A DNA stretch of 62,967 nucleotides, counting the filler, from Octopus bimaculoides (taxonomy: Eukaryota): the NCBI RefSeq assembly GCF_001194135.2. It is 5 parts of 5 records of this genome, joined end to end, with 100 filler letters (N's around TTAATTAATTAA, not from the genome) between each part and the next. Parts side by side here need not be neighbours in the genome. Positions count along the whole stretch, not along the records: positions 35,192 to 54,619 come from NC_068996.1; positions 54,720 to 62,967 come from NC_069001.1; 3 more parts are not named here. The stretch is one strand, 5' to 3'. The notes below the pieces were generated by a model. That model was not told the DNA's origin. It searched no databases and was given only the letters and a program-made list of their open reading frames with translations. A program made the translations under genes and the position numbers. Of the stretch, positions 50,668 to 62,967 are shown one piece after another. The first letter of the stretch is position 1; every line of letters starts with the position of its first letter.

Positions 50668-51480
50668 TACATGGCGCGGTGAATAAATTGTCGTCTAAAT
50701 TATGCAAAAATGAAAATAACACTGATATCTCATTTTAATATATATATTCACTAAAGTTACATAAAAAATATCTTGAAATACTAATGAGTAAATTTATTCA
50801 ATAAAATCGTAATTGGCTTCAACCACAGCCTCCAGACGACTTCCAAATCTCCTGCCACTCTTCTGGACGGTTTCCTTGTTTAAGTTGGTGAATGCTGCCA
50901 TAATCCTTGCCTCTAGTTCATCTTTGGTGTTACAAAGAATTTTGTCGGTCTCTCGTTCAACTACACCCCACACATAACAGTCAGGGGGATTGCAGTTTGG
51001 GAATGTTAGAGGGTGATATGATCGCAGAAATTGTCCGACATCCATGACTGGGTTCTCCTGCATGTGTGGCATGGTGCAGAGTCCTGTTGCCAGACATAGG
51101 GTCTTCCAGCGGCCACCTTCTTGACCTAGGGCAGCGGTACCTCCTCTAGGCACTTGATGTAGGACTCCGTGTTGAGTCTAAGGCCGTGTGGGAAGATGAA
51201 TGGAGGCATAAAGTTGCCATCACTAGTAATTACCCCAAACGCCATGAATTTGACTGGATGTTTGATTTTTATCACTCTCGGTACATGACCTCAGATTGCA
51301 CTGTCCACAGATTGACACCCAGACACTCTGAGATGCTCGTTTTGGAGCTTCCGGCGAGATTGCCAAGCAACACAGCATGTTCTTTCCAAATTTCTATCCA
51401 AGGAGAAGATACTTGCCTAAAGTGCCACGCAATGAGACTGAATCCGGAACCATGTAGGTGGAAAACAAGATTCTTAACAT
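50668..51480 (-). mobile_element. DD37D (maT)-like Tc1/mariner element, 3' part
   Basis: PNCNPPDCYVWGVVERET...ELEARIMAAF...RLEAVVEANYDFIE*; TA-started terminal sequence TACATGGCGCGGTGAATAA. Confidence 0.82.
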
Positions 51481-53119
51481 ACACAAAAGCTGTATGTATG
51501 TATGTATGTATGTATGTATGTATGTATGTATGTATGTATGTATATATGTATANNNNNNNNNNNNNNNNNNNNNNNNNNNNNNNNNNNNNNNNNNNNNNNN
51601 NNNNNNNNNNNNNNNNNNNNNNNNNNNNNNNNNNNNNNNNNNNNNNNNNNNNNNNNNNNNNNNNNNNNNNNNNNNNNNNNNNNNNNNNNNNNNNNNNNNN
51701 NNNNNNNNNNNNNNNNNNNNNNNNNNNNNNNNNNNNNNNNNNNNNNNNNNNNNNNNNNNNNNNNNNNNNNNNNNNNNNNNNNNNNNNNNNNNNNNNNNNN
51801 NNNNNNNNNNNNNNNNNNNNNNNNNNNNNNNNNNNNNNNNNNNNNNNNNNNNNNNNNNNNNNNNNNNNNNNNNNNNNNNNNNNNNNNNNNNNNNNNNNNN
51901 NNNNNNNNNNNNNNNNNNNNNNNNNNNNNNNNNNNNNNNNNNNNNNNNNNNNNNNNNNNNNNNNNNNNNNNNNNNNNNNNNNNNNNNNNNNNNNNNNNNN
52001 NNNNNNNNNNNNNNNNNNNNNNNNNNNNNNNNNNNNNNNNNNNNNNNNNNNNNNNNNNNNNNNNNNNNNNNNNNNNNNNNNNNNNNNNNNNNNNNNNNNN
52101 NNNNNNNNNNNNNNNNNNNNNNNNNNNNNNNNNNNNNNNNNNNNNNNNNNNNNNNNNNNNNNNNNNNNNNNNNNNNNNNNNNNNNNNNNNNNNNNNNNNN
52201 NNNNNNNNNNNNNNNNNNNNNNNNNNNNNNNNNNNNNNNNNNNNNNNNNNNNNNNNNNNNNNNNNNNNNNNNNNNNNNNNNNNNNNNNNNNNNNNNNNNN
52301 NNNNNNNNNNNNNNNNNNNNNNNNNNNNNNNNNNNNNNNNNNNNNNNNNNNNNNNNNNNNNNNNNNNNNNNNNNNNNNNNNNNNNNNNNNNNNNNNNNNN
52401 NNNNNNNNNNNNNNNNNNNNNNNNNNNNNNNNNNNNNNNNNNNNNNNNNNNNNNNNNNNNNNNNNNNNNNNNNNNNNNNNNNNNNNNNNATATATATATA
52501 TATATATATATACATACATACACACAAATATACATATATACATACACACACATATACACACATACACATTTGTGCGTTTATCTATAAAATACAGTAATAA
52601 AATATATGCTAAGACACACACATGCACATACACACATATATTCGCACAAATGCACACACAGATAAGTTCATATATGTGCGCGCGCGCGCGAATATGTGTT
52701 TCTTGCTTTTAGCTAAAACGACGCGCTGATTCATACATATCTATATACAATGCATGCGCATACACTTATATACATATATATTTGTGTGTTTGTATGCATG
52801 CGTGTATATGTATATATATTTTGTCTCAGGAGTATTGACCTAGATTTTGGTCGTAGTTAAAGCTTTTATCAGGGAAAACTTTCCTCTATCTAAAAACCAA
52901 GCAATATTAAAAAAACAAACAAGCGTAAAATAAACCGTTTCTGCGCTTATAAAGCTTCATGCTTGGTTGGGTCCTAACTATGCATGAAGTATTTTCTCAT
53001 AACTCCAAAAAGCATCACCAATAACTGGTTAGGAATAGAATTTTAGCTATATTAGCATACGGACATACATACATACACTACCCCGCACACACACATGTAT
53101 GTATATTTGGAAGCATGTA

Positions 53120-53154
<35 letters not shown>

Positions 53155-53899
53155 TTAATTTATTTTACAAACGTTTAAAGCCAGAAAGAATTACACATTG
53201 TATGACGTGCTATTGATCATTTTTAGAGTTCTTATGGTCACTTTCGTTCTCTTATGGTCACTTTGCTTGTGTTTACCTTTTGCCAGTTCGCTTTTTGGGT
53301 AGTTCTGTGCCAGGCACTCAAAGGAGGTGGTCTACCCACCTCACTTGCGCTCTCAAGAGTATCTCCGTGTCGGGGATCTTGTGTTGCGAAGTGATTTTCA
53401 AAGGCCGTTCCTGTGGAACGGGTTTAGCCTTTTGGCGTAACGTTCGTAAACATTTCGCCATAAGAATGGTGGATTAGTGTTGGACATGGGAAGAAACAGA
53501 AAGAAACAACAATAGGGATCCATTATATGCTCACTCGATTTATAGTAAATAGAAGCTAAATTCTCAATCAAATCAGACCGAATTTTCTTGAACAGTACAA
53601 TGTGTGTATATACAGTAAGATTTTTATGCTCACGTCGTTTTTGATCATAGATAAATCGGATTAAAACTGTCCTTGGGCTAATCAATGGCAATAATAAGAA
53701 GAAAAACTTCAAATATAGAATGAAAAAAAAACACAAATCACCCTTTTTGGAATTTACAATCTCTAGTTTAAACCACATCTAAATTGGTGCATTTATTATT
53801 TCCAGATAATTTGTCCAATTTTCATTATCAACTTCCATTACATCAAATCACTCTATATTTTCCTTTTGTCTGTCTCTCTCTCTTAGCTTGCTCTCCTCT

Positions 53900-54069
<170 letters not shown>

Positions 54070-54859
54070 TGATATGCAGCACTTTTATCGTTAGAAAACT
54101 ACACACAAGGGACTTGGTGGTAGAAAATATTTAATGCAGTTTTGATAGAGTTTCAATGTACACATACATCAACCATTGCGAATGTATGTTTTGCGATGCA
54201 AGTATGTATGAATGTGTATGTATGTATGTATGTATGTATATATGCATGCATGTATGTATGTATGTATGCATGTATGTATGTATGTATGTATGTATCTATG
54301 TACGTACGTACGTATGTATATCTGTCTGCATGTATTCCTATCTGTCTGTATGTATTCATGCCTGTCTGTCTGTATATATGTATGCATGCATGTATGTAGG
54401 CCTGTATGCATGTGTGTATGTGTGTATGTATGCATGATTGTATGTATGTATGAATGTATATATGTGCATGTATATCTGTATGTAGGTATGTCTGTATGTC
54501 TATCTGTTTGCATGTATGCCTATATGTCTGTCTCTATGGATGTATGTATGTGTGTGTATATATGTATATCTGCATGTGTGCATGTACGCATGTTTGTCTG
54601 TATATATACACATATATATNNNNNNNNNNNNNNNNNNNNNNNNNNNNNNNNNNNNNNNNNNNNTTAATTAATTAANNNNNNNNNNNNNNNNNNNNNNNNN
54701 NNNNNNNNNNNNNNNNNNNTTTACAGGTTGGCTCGGTTTAACACTCATTTCAGTCGTAGTTAAATGGTTTAACACAGTGACACTTGGCCTCTTGCTGCGC
54801 AACGTCTCCTCTTGTCATAGAATGGTGTTTTACAAATACTTCCGCCATATTTTTCAAAA

Positions 54860-54967
54860 TATAACGTGCTCTGGGTTCAATCCCACTTCGTGGCACCTTG
54901 GGCTAGTGTCGTCTACTATAGCCTCTGGCTGACCAAAGCCTTGGAAGTAAATTTAGCAAACGGAAAC
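54860..54967 (+). mobile_element. SINE family A fragment, truncated by the inverted-repeat element
   Basis: GGTTCAATCCCAC...ACCTTGGGC...CCAAAGCC...CGGAAAC, then an abrupt switch. Confidence 0.7.
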
Positions 54968-55225
54968 CGAAATTAATATTTTCTTACCGAAAATATCTGT
55001 TTCTCATCAGTACAGACCGTTGGATAAATACAATTTAGAAGAATCGCACATTAAGTTGTACGTCACAAGGAAAGCACGTGTGTACGGTTCTAATAAATTA
55101 TATTATATTGTGACGTACAACTTAGTGTGCGATTCTCTAAATTGTATTTATCCAACGGTCTGTACTGATGAGAAACAGATATTTTCGGTAAGAAAATATT
55201 AATTTCGAAACATAGGTTTACAGAT
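54968..55225. mobile_element. Near-perfect inverted-repeat element (arms 54968-55068 and 55108-55207) with a hammerhead
   Basis: The arms differ by one substitution and one 1-nt indel by eye; 39-nt spacer. Confidence 0.88.
55158..55225 (+). ncRNA. Type I hammerhead ribozyme, intact core; predicted cleavage after 55218
   Basis: TCTGTA-CTGATGA-GAAA-cag-ATATTTTC-ggtaa-GAAAATAT-taa-TTTC-GAAAC-ATAG-GTT-TACAGA. Stem I 6 bp plus G.U; stem II 4 bp plus an 8-bp distal hairpin; stem III AC/GU; GUU triplet. Confidence 0.8.
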
Positions 55226-55554
55226 AATTGTATTTTTTTGTGTAATTTTCACTGGTCTTGCCCGCTTTACGTATTTGTTGCTTCGCTAAATTCCGTTTGA
55301 GAATTATTCGGTCTTAGTAGACACATGACATGTGATCTTCTAGTACATTAGCAGTCCACTTAGTGGCCTCCTTTATATATATTTTTTATATATACATATA
55401 CAATAATCCTTTGAGATCTCAGATATTTTTTCTGAATCTCCCTGATTCTTTTAATGTGCTTGCTACCTGGTACTAGATTGATATTAATTAATATCCAATT
55501 TCTTACCCTATTGTTTAAATTAATTATATATATATATATAGGTGAGAATGGTGG

Positions 55555-55820
55555 TGGTGGGAGTTGATAATGATGATATTGATGATGATGATGATGATGA
55601 AGATGATGACCTCGACGACCACGACGATGACGATGAGGATGATAATGACAACGATGATAATTATAATGATGGCGATGACGACGACCACCACCACCGCCAG
55701 GAGGATCACGATCACTACCACGATAAGGATGACGATCATCATCATCATCATCATCATCTTCATCATCATCATGACGACGACGACGACGACTACGACATCG
55801 ACGACGATGACGATGATGAG
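55555..55820. repeat. (GAT)/(GAC)/(CAT) compound trinucleotide microsatellite
   Basis: Directly visible. Confidence 0.85.
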
Positions 55821-56204
55821 GCGGATTCAATCTCCCAAGAAAGCACTGATGCGTTAAAAACTACGTTGTTAATCTACAAAAGAAGCAAACGGTCACGTGA
55901 CTAGCAATTTATATGATGCCGCCGGCGTTATTTTCCAGCGAAGGGGAAGGGTGTTGTTTTCTTTTTTAATATTTGTCGTCGACAATAATAATTAGCTAGG
56001 TGTTCGTTGAAGCTTCCATGATTGGAAGACAGCACCAGACTTTCCAAAAGCTCTTCTTCGCTTGTTCTGAGGTTGTGGTGCCAAACTGATTCTAAGAAAA
56101 ATCGATCATCAGTCATAAAATGTACAAATATTTTGATTAGATTTTAAAGGAGTTCGGTGTTCGAGGTCGACAGTAATATTTTATGATGACGAACAGAAAG
56201 ATAT

Positions 56205-56395
56205 TGATTTCAAATATTGGCGGAAGGCAGTTAATTTTTGGAGGGGTGGAGGTGTCTGAGAGGCGGGGTTAAGTCGATTGCATAGACACCAATGCTCAAC
56301 TAGTACTTTCTTTATCGACCCCGAAAGGATGAAAGGCAAAGTCGACCTCGGCGGAATTTGAAATTAGAATGTGAAGACGGACGAAATGCCGTATA
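56205..56395 (-). mobile_element. SINE family B
   Basis: Reverse complement: TTTCAAATTCCGCCGAGGTCGACTTTGCCTTTCATCCTTTCGGGGTCGATAAAG. Confidence 0.8.
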
Positions 56396-56469
56396 TGTAT
56401 GTATATGTATATATGAATGTATGTGTATATATATATATGTGTTTATATATGTATGTATGTATATGTATG

Positions 56470-56509
<40 letters not shown>

Positions 56510-57594
56510 TGTATATATATTTATACATGTATGCGTGTGTATGTGTTTCTGTATAAACACACACGCGCATACATCTATCTATTATTTATCTCTATGTGTG
56601 TGTATCTGTGTGTGTGTTTGGGTTTTTTGTTTTTTTTCCTAAATAATCCTGTTCTTCGTTTTTGGTTTGTTTAGAATTAGAAATTTCGGTTAAAAAAAAA
56701 ACAAACAAAAAAAGAAAAACGCAGAAAATAAATACAACATGACCACACACCCCACCTGTTTCTCGTTTTTGTCTCCTTCTCCCTCCCTCTCTCTCTCTCT
56801 CTTGTTTTAGCTACACACTCATACATACGCAAACACATACATACTGGAAACAAAATACGGAGTCACACCTGAAACGTGAATTTGCTCCACCCCAGCTCAC
56901 CAGACACACATTTCTTGTTATTTCATTATACATCCTGGTTATAAGTTGTTGCTGTTGTTGTTGTTGTAAATTTTTCGTTTTGCTTTGTATTTTTTGCTTC
57001 ATGTATATTTTTTCTTTATCTATTGTCTTATAATTTTATGTACTATTATATGAGTTCTGTAGATGAGTATTAGTGAATGTGTAAATTTGTGTGTGTGTGT
57101 GTTTGTGTATGTGTGTATACACACATATATAGATAGATAGATGGATAGATACGTACATACATTCATACATACATACATACATCCATCCATACATACATAC
57201 ATACATACATACATACATACATACATACATACATNNNNNNNNNNNNNNNNNNNNNNNNNNNNNNNNNNNNNNNNNNNNNNNNNNNNNNNNNNNNNNNNNN
57301 NNNNNNNNNNNNNNNNNNNNNNNNNNNNNNNNNNNNNNNNNNNNNNNNNNNNNNNNNNNNNNNNNNNNNNNNNNNNNNNNNNNNNNNNNNNNNNNNNNNN
57401 NNNNNNNNNNNNNNNNNNNNNNNNNNNNNNNNTATATAAACTACAATTCATACTTGTATATGTATTTATATGAATACGAATTTGCGCGTATACTTATACA
57501 TGAATATATACATATATATTGCATATATACACATCTATATAAACATACATACATATACATATGAGTATATATATATTTATGTATGCATCAATGC

Positions 57595-57661
<67 letters not shown>

Positions 57662-58495
57662 TGCCATTATATATGTATGTATGTGTGCGCTGTTTTGGTT
57701 GCTTGTGCATGCGTATGTATGTCCATGCATATAGGCTTCTGTCAGACAATCTATGTTTAGATGTGTACATAAAAAGACGTGTATGTGTACAGCTGTGTAC
57801 TATTTTGATGTTATTTGTTATGACTGACCTGATAGAAGTTGAAAAGTGAAATAGGTTTTTCACTTGGTTTCGTAAAACAATTCACTGTTTACGCTAAAAA
57901 TAAATTTACTGGTATTCAAAAGAGAGAATACAATGGCGACGTTGGCAATGCTGGTGGTGGTGGTGGTGGTTGTGGTCTTGGTGGTGGTAGTGTTGCGTTA
58001 GTGGTGGTGGTGATGATGATTGAGATTAAATGGAAGAGCGGGATGGTGGTGCTGTTAAATATATGTTAGTATAAATAATTTAATACAATATACATATGAT
58101 CACACACATATATATATATATATACATATAAAATATTTATACAAATGTATACATACATATGTGTGTGTAGTATTTCGTTTTATTTCAAACTATTTTCTTA
58201 AGCTATAAAAGCTATATATACGTTCGTGATTAAACATGTGTGTGTGTGTGTATGTAGACATACGTACTTACTTGCATACATTGGTATATGTGTGTATACA
58301 TACCTCTGAATATACATATATNNNNNNNNNNNNNNNNNNNNNNNNNNNNNNNNNNNNNNNNNNNNNNNNNNNNNNNNNNNNNNNNNNNNNNNNNNNNNNN
58401 NNNNNNNNNNNNNNNNNNNNNNNNNNNNNNNNNNNNNNNNNNNNNNNNNNNNNNNNNNNNNNNNNNNNNNNNNNNNNNNNNNNNNNNNNNNNNNN

Positions 58496-58548
<53 letters not shown>

Positions 58549-59435
58549 CATAATATGTGTGTGTGTATGTACGTATTTATGTATATGTACGTTTGTATGT
58601 ATATGTATATATATATTAATATATATATATATATATATACAAATATGTATATGTGTATACATATATAGACATATATACAAACATATATACATGCATACAA
58701 ACATACATAGATATACATACATACATATATGCATACATACATACATACATACATACATACATACATACATACATACATACATACATACATACATACATAC
58801 ATAATTCATGCTTAACAAATAAAGATATTGTAGAAAACCAATACCGGTTTATATATCTGAAAAGAAAAAAAATAAGGAGAAAAAAAGCGTTAAAAAAACC
58901 GCTAACATGAAATATATATATTCTAAGAAATAATATATAAGCCGTACAAATTACAGCAACAACAGCAACAACAAAATGAAATTCAATGAATAAAATGTTC
59001 TGTGCAGGGAAGGAGAAGAAAAAGGAAAAGAAAAAAATATTCGTTAATGCAAAATGTTGTCATGAAAACCAAAAGACTGTTATATTAAAAGAAAAAAATC
59101 ATGGCTGAAGGTATTAAAACAAACGAAAATATCTGCGTCATTTTGTATTTAGAGAAGTATCTAAATTTTAATATGTAGAAATATTGTGATGTTTCGGTTG
59201 CTTTTAGGATTATAGTGAGAGAGAGTTTGTGTTGTGAGTGCTGTGCGGTTTGTGTTGTGGAGTGTTATGAGTGCGAAGTGAATGAAACACGTGGGTAACA
59301 GCTTGTTTTGTTTTGTTTGTTTGATTGTTTGTTTGTTTGCTTTTGTTGGTGGTGGAAATGGTGGTTTTTGCTAAAATGGATTAAATAAACAAACTGATGC
59401 TGTCTTGTGACAGTGTAAACGATATATAGTTAACG

Positions 59436-59467
<32 letters not shown>

Positions 59468-59494
59468 ATTTATATATATATATATATATATACA

Positions 59495-60150
59495 CAGCGC
59501 AGGAATGGCTGTGCTCCAGTGGCTGTGTGGTAAGTAGCTTGCTTACGAACCAATAGTTCCGGGTTCAGTCCCACTGCGTGGCACCTTGGGCAAGTGTTTT
59601 CTACTATAGCCTCGGGGCCGACCAAAGCCGTGTGAGTGGATTTGTTAGACGAAAACTGAAAAGATCCCGTCGTATATATATATATATATATATATATATA
59701 TNNNNNNNNNNNNNNNNNNNNNNNNNNNNNNNNNNNNNNNNNNNNNNNNNNNNNNNNNNNNNNNNNNNNNNNNNNNNNNNNNNNNNNNNNNNNNNNNNNN
59801 NNNNNNNNNNNNNNNNNNNNNNNNNNNNNNNNNNNNNNNNNNNNNNNNNNNNNNNNNNNNNNNNNNNNNNNNNNNNNNNNNNNNNNNNNNNNNNNNNNNN
59901 NNNNNNNNNNNNNNNNNNNNATATATATGTATGTATGTATGTGTATGTATATGTTTGTGTGTCTGTGTTTGTTCCCCAAACATCGCTTGACAACCGATGC
60001 TGGTGTGTTTACGTCCCCGTAACTTAGTGGTTCAACAAAAAAGACCGATAGAATAAGTACTAGGCTTACAAAGAATAAGTCCTGGGGTCGATTTGTTCGA
60101 CTAAAGGCAGTGCTCCAGCATGGCTGCAGTCAAATGACTGAAAGAAATAA
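59495..60150 (+). mobile_element. SINE family A, full length across a gap
   Basis: Homologous to 2391-2750 on both sides of the N run. Confidence 0.82.
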
Positions 60151-61037
60151 AATTACATATATATATATATAACGAACAGCCTGTATTTCAGAATATTTCA
60201 TGGCAATTTAAAACACCAGATTCTGCAATAAATAGCATAAAGAGTTTTATTATATAATCACAAGCAATAGATGTATCCGACTCATTTCACTCTTTACAAA
60301 TGCTAGAATTACCATTTATTGAGTGTACTAAGGAATCGAGAACAATAGATAACAATGAACTCAGAAAAGGAATGCAATGAAATAAAGCAAATACAATAAA
60401 ATGAAAAAAGGAAAGATAAAAGAAGAAGTAATTTATCATAAAAATTTGCTTTCTAAAGATTTGGTTAACCATCCCTCAGTATCTAAATGAATAAACCATA
60501 TGATTTTTAAAAAAAACATAAATAGAGAATAAGAGATTTAGAAATGAATAAACAAATTAATAAATAGAATGAAAAGTATCTCAAGAAATTATGAAAAGTA
60601 GGATTTAAAGAGCGAGATAGGATGCCTGATTTGTTTAAGACAATGTGTTTGTCTTAGTCAAAGTACTTAAGTGCGTGGCAAAGCGGCCTGAATTATTGGA
60701 ATTTCACGCACGACTGATGTAGAAGGACAGAAATGTCATTCTAAGACTATTGGTAAGCTAACGGCACCAACATATACGGACAAACATCTCATATGAATAT
60801 TCTCAGATACATTTATGCACATGAATTCACATACACACGCTCTCACACACACACACGCACACACACACACACACATATGCACACACACACATCAGTTCGC
60901 ACGCAAAATACTTATATCAAATAGTAATTTCATAAACAGTAGAAGTTCATCGTTTTGTTTAAGCGACCAAATCAAACTATATCATTATTCGTGTGTATAT
61001 GTGCGCATGTGTCTATGTGCGTGCGCGCGCGTATGTG

Positions 61038-61084
<47 letters not shown>

Positions 61085-61245
61085 GCTCAGCAGCATTTTG
61101 TCCGTCATTACGTTCTGAGTTGAAAATTTCACCAAAGTCGACTTTACCTTTAATCCCTTTCATGATCGATAAAATAAGTACCAATTGAGTAGTGGAGTCG
61201 ATGTAATCGACTTACCTCTCTCCCGAAATTGCTGGCCTTGTGCCA
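61085..61245 (+). mobile_element. SINE family B
   Basis: TTACGTTCTGAGTTGAAAATTTCACC...GATAAAATAAGTACC. Confidence 0.7.
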
Positions 61246-61254
61246 GGTTTTAGC

Positions 61255-61426
61255 TAATAAGGACCAGAAGTTCTACGAGCGCGGAATCATGAAGTTGCCA
61301 GAAAGATGGCAAAAGGTCATCGAACAAAATGGAAAATATATAATTGATTAAAATTCATTCTTTGCATGAAAACAAACGACTTTTATTTCACACTAAAAAC
61401 CGAAATTACGTCCTTGCCAACCCAGT
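61255..61426 (+). mobile_element. mariner 3' end with right TIR
   Basis: KDQKFYERGIMKLPERWQKVIEQNGKYIID*; AAAACCGAAATTACGTCCTTGCCAACCCAGT. Confidence 0.88.
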
Positions 61427-61429
61427 TCA

Positions 61430-61810
61430 TAGACATTTCCATGTACAGTGTTCATTTACTCAATTGGATGTGTTAGGGTTGCCATTTGTTGTCGTACTAA
61501 GATATGTGCTATTATCCTGGTTATTAAATCTCAGTGGATCTGTGCTATTATCTCGATTGTTAATTAGAGGATACACTATTTGATTTTTATTGTTGAATTT
61601 AGCTGTGTAATGGACAATATTAGGTATTGTGGAGTAGGCCAGCTTCACATGGTGTCTGTTAAATATCTTCTGGCAGGAACTAAATGGAGGGAAATGCTTG
61701 TCAAAATTCTGAAAACTACGTGGCTATATTGGTTGCTACATTTAATCCAAATGTGGATTAAACCAGACCGCGCTCTTCTTGCGTAATCGTCTAAAATTGT
61801 TATTTCTATT
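61430..61810 (-). pseudogene. Penelope-like element ORF remnant (linker region)
   Basis: Manual translation with breaks: RKKSAVWFNP...FDKHFPPFSSCQKIFNRHHVKLAYSTIPNIVHYTAKFNNK. Confidence 0.78.
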
Positions 61811-62263
61811 CGTGTTAGTTCGAACAGGTTTTTAGGCAGGATTAGGTTCATCAATTTGATATTTTGTATTTCCACATTCAGGTTTAATTGCTATTTTGGA
61901 CTAAACCTTTCTAAATTGTGTTCCCCGCGATTATTATCTCTGTTAGTTGTTTTCATATTGTCCTCTCTAAATGAACGCAATCTGTACAGTTTTCTTATTT
62001 CGAATTTTCGAAATCTCAAATTTTAAAGAATTGCATTGTTTTTTTCTTTATTTTTCACTTTCTTTCTTTACAATCCTGGAATCAAACAGAAAAAATAGAT
62101 CGATCAGAAAGCAATTTTTTCTTTTCCTTGTCTATTATTGTTATATCTAGTTTATAATTTTCTATCTTCCAATCCTTTGAATTGAAAAATCCATAAAATC
62201 TTGCATTTTTCCGACTCAAACATTCTTTTAACCCGAAGACGATGAAGATTACTGTTGTTTTGT

Positions 62264-62475
62264 TGTTATGGAAGAATTCCGACCAACCCACAAGTGACTA
62301 AAAGGTGGACTGACCCATTGTTATAAAACAAAGAACTGTGAGCGATTGGCAGTTCACTATGAGCCTTGATTGAGAGAGGCGAACTTCGTGTAGTAGTACG
62401 CCATGTTAATACTGTCTTTCCCCCCTGCTTTGTTATATTATATATCAAATACAAGGATATAAAAGTGGCGACGAG
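62264..62475 (+). mobile_element. Gypsy 5' LTR (about 200 bp) and primer-binding site
   Basis: TGTTATG...ATATAAAA (decayed ATAACA), then G-TGGCGACGAG (62466-62475), upstream of gag. Confidence 0.7.
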
Positions 62476-62548
62476 TTGTTCGAAGCTTCCGCCGGACGTT
62501 TAAATTTTTTATTTTTTCAAGTACGAAACCAAAGAAAAAATCGTTAAC

Positions 62549-62857
62549 ATGGAGATCTTATTGGCTTCCGTGATGCAGTTGCAAAAGCAACAACAGCAGC
62601 AGCAGCAACAATCACTACAGCAGCAGCAGCAACTACTGCAGCAACAACAACAAAACCAACAGTTGCTGGAATTAATGCTGAAGAAGTCTGAAAATACTTC
62701 CGGTTCGTACTCGCCAGACAACGTAGCAAACTCGGTAGGAGAATTCAGCTATAATCCAGAAGGGATCACATTCTCTGCATATTTTCGAAGATACGAAAAA
62801 ATCTTCAAAGTAAAATGTAAAAGTTGGTCCGACGAGAAAAATGTACGACTACCTTAA
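62549..62857 (+). pseudogene. Gypsy (Mag-like) gag N-terminus, truncated by a stop codon
   Basis: Poly-Q, then NSVGEFSYNPEGITFSAYFRRYEKIF...WSDEKNVRL. Confidence 0.82.
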
Positions 62858-62967
62858 AATACGGTTCAACAGGAAAAAATCGCATAAACGGATTATCGGT
62901 GACAAAAAAACGAACGATCCTCAAACGAAATTTGTGTATGTAAAAATTAATATCACAAACATAAAGT

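Noticed and set aside
53270-53778. 126-aa minus-strand ORF and adjacent GC-richer patch ending in AG|GTAAAC
   Set aside because: No recognisable domain and frames are interrupted by stops; cannot be supported as coding.
55872-55881. GTCACGTGAC (CLEAR/USF-type palindrome) in a CpG-containing patch
   Set aside because: No associated gene start could be identified; a single motif is insufficient.
55542-55904. Asp/His-rich 120-aa ORF resembling a metal-binding or biomineral protein
   Set aside because: Entirely explained by a GAT/GAC/CAT microsatellite; no signal peptide or splice support.
60658-60751. AG...GTAAGC exon-like segment
   Set aside because: Weak acceptor and stops in all three frames.

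Overview
AT-rich, microsatellite-dense, gap-rich metazoan genomic DNA. The SINE and repeat make-up suggests an octopod cephalopod (inference). There is one clear host gene: an intronless, intact UTP6 (U3 snoRNA-associated protein 6) at 2927-4696 on the minus strand. The rest is transposon debris: three tRNA-derived SINE families; RTE, CR1/L2, Tx1/L1 and four to five R4/Dong-like (REL endonuclease) LINE fragments; Tc1, mariner and DD37D fragments; two Gypsy (Mag-like) LTR remnants; a Helitron-like element; a TA-flanked foldback; and Penelope-like (PLE) GIY-YIG fragments. The main unexplained structure is three sequence-distinct, head-to-head inverted-repeat elements (643-1053, ~47076-47525, 54968-55225). 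Each encodes a type I hammerhead ribozyme fold with a 2-bp stem III and an unusually long stem/loop II. A fourth, minimal hammerhead-like motif sits at 50518-50556, and an intact RT-less PLE GIY-YIG ORF at 33037-33834. All folds and translations were done by eye, and repeat boundaries are approximate.
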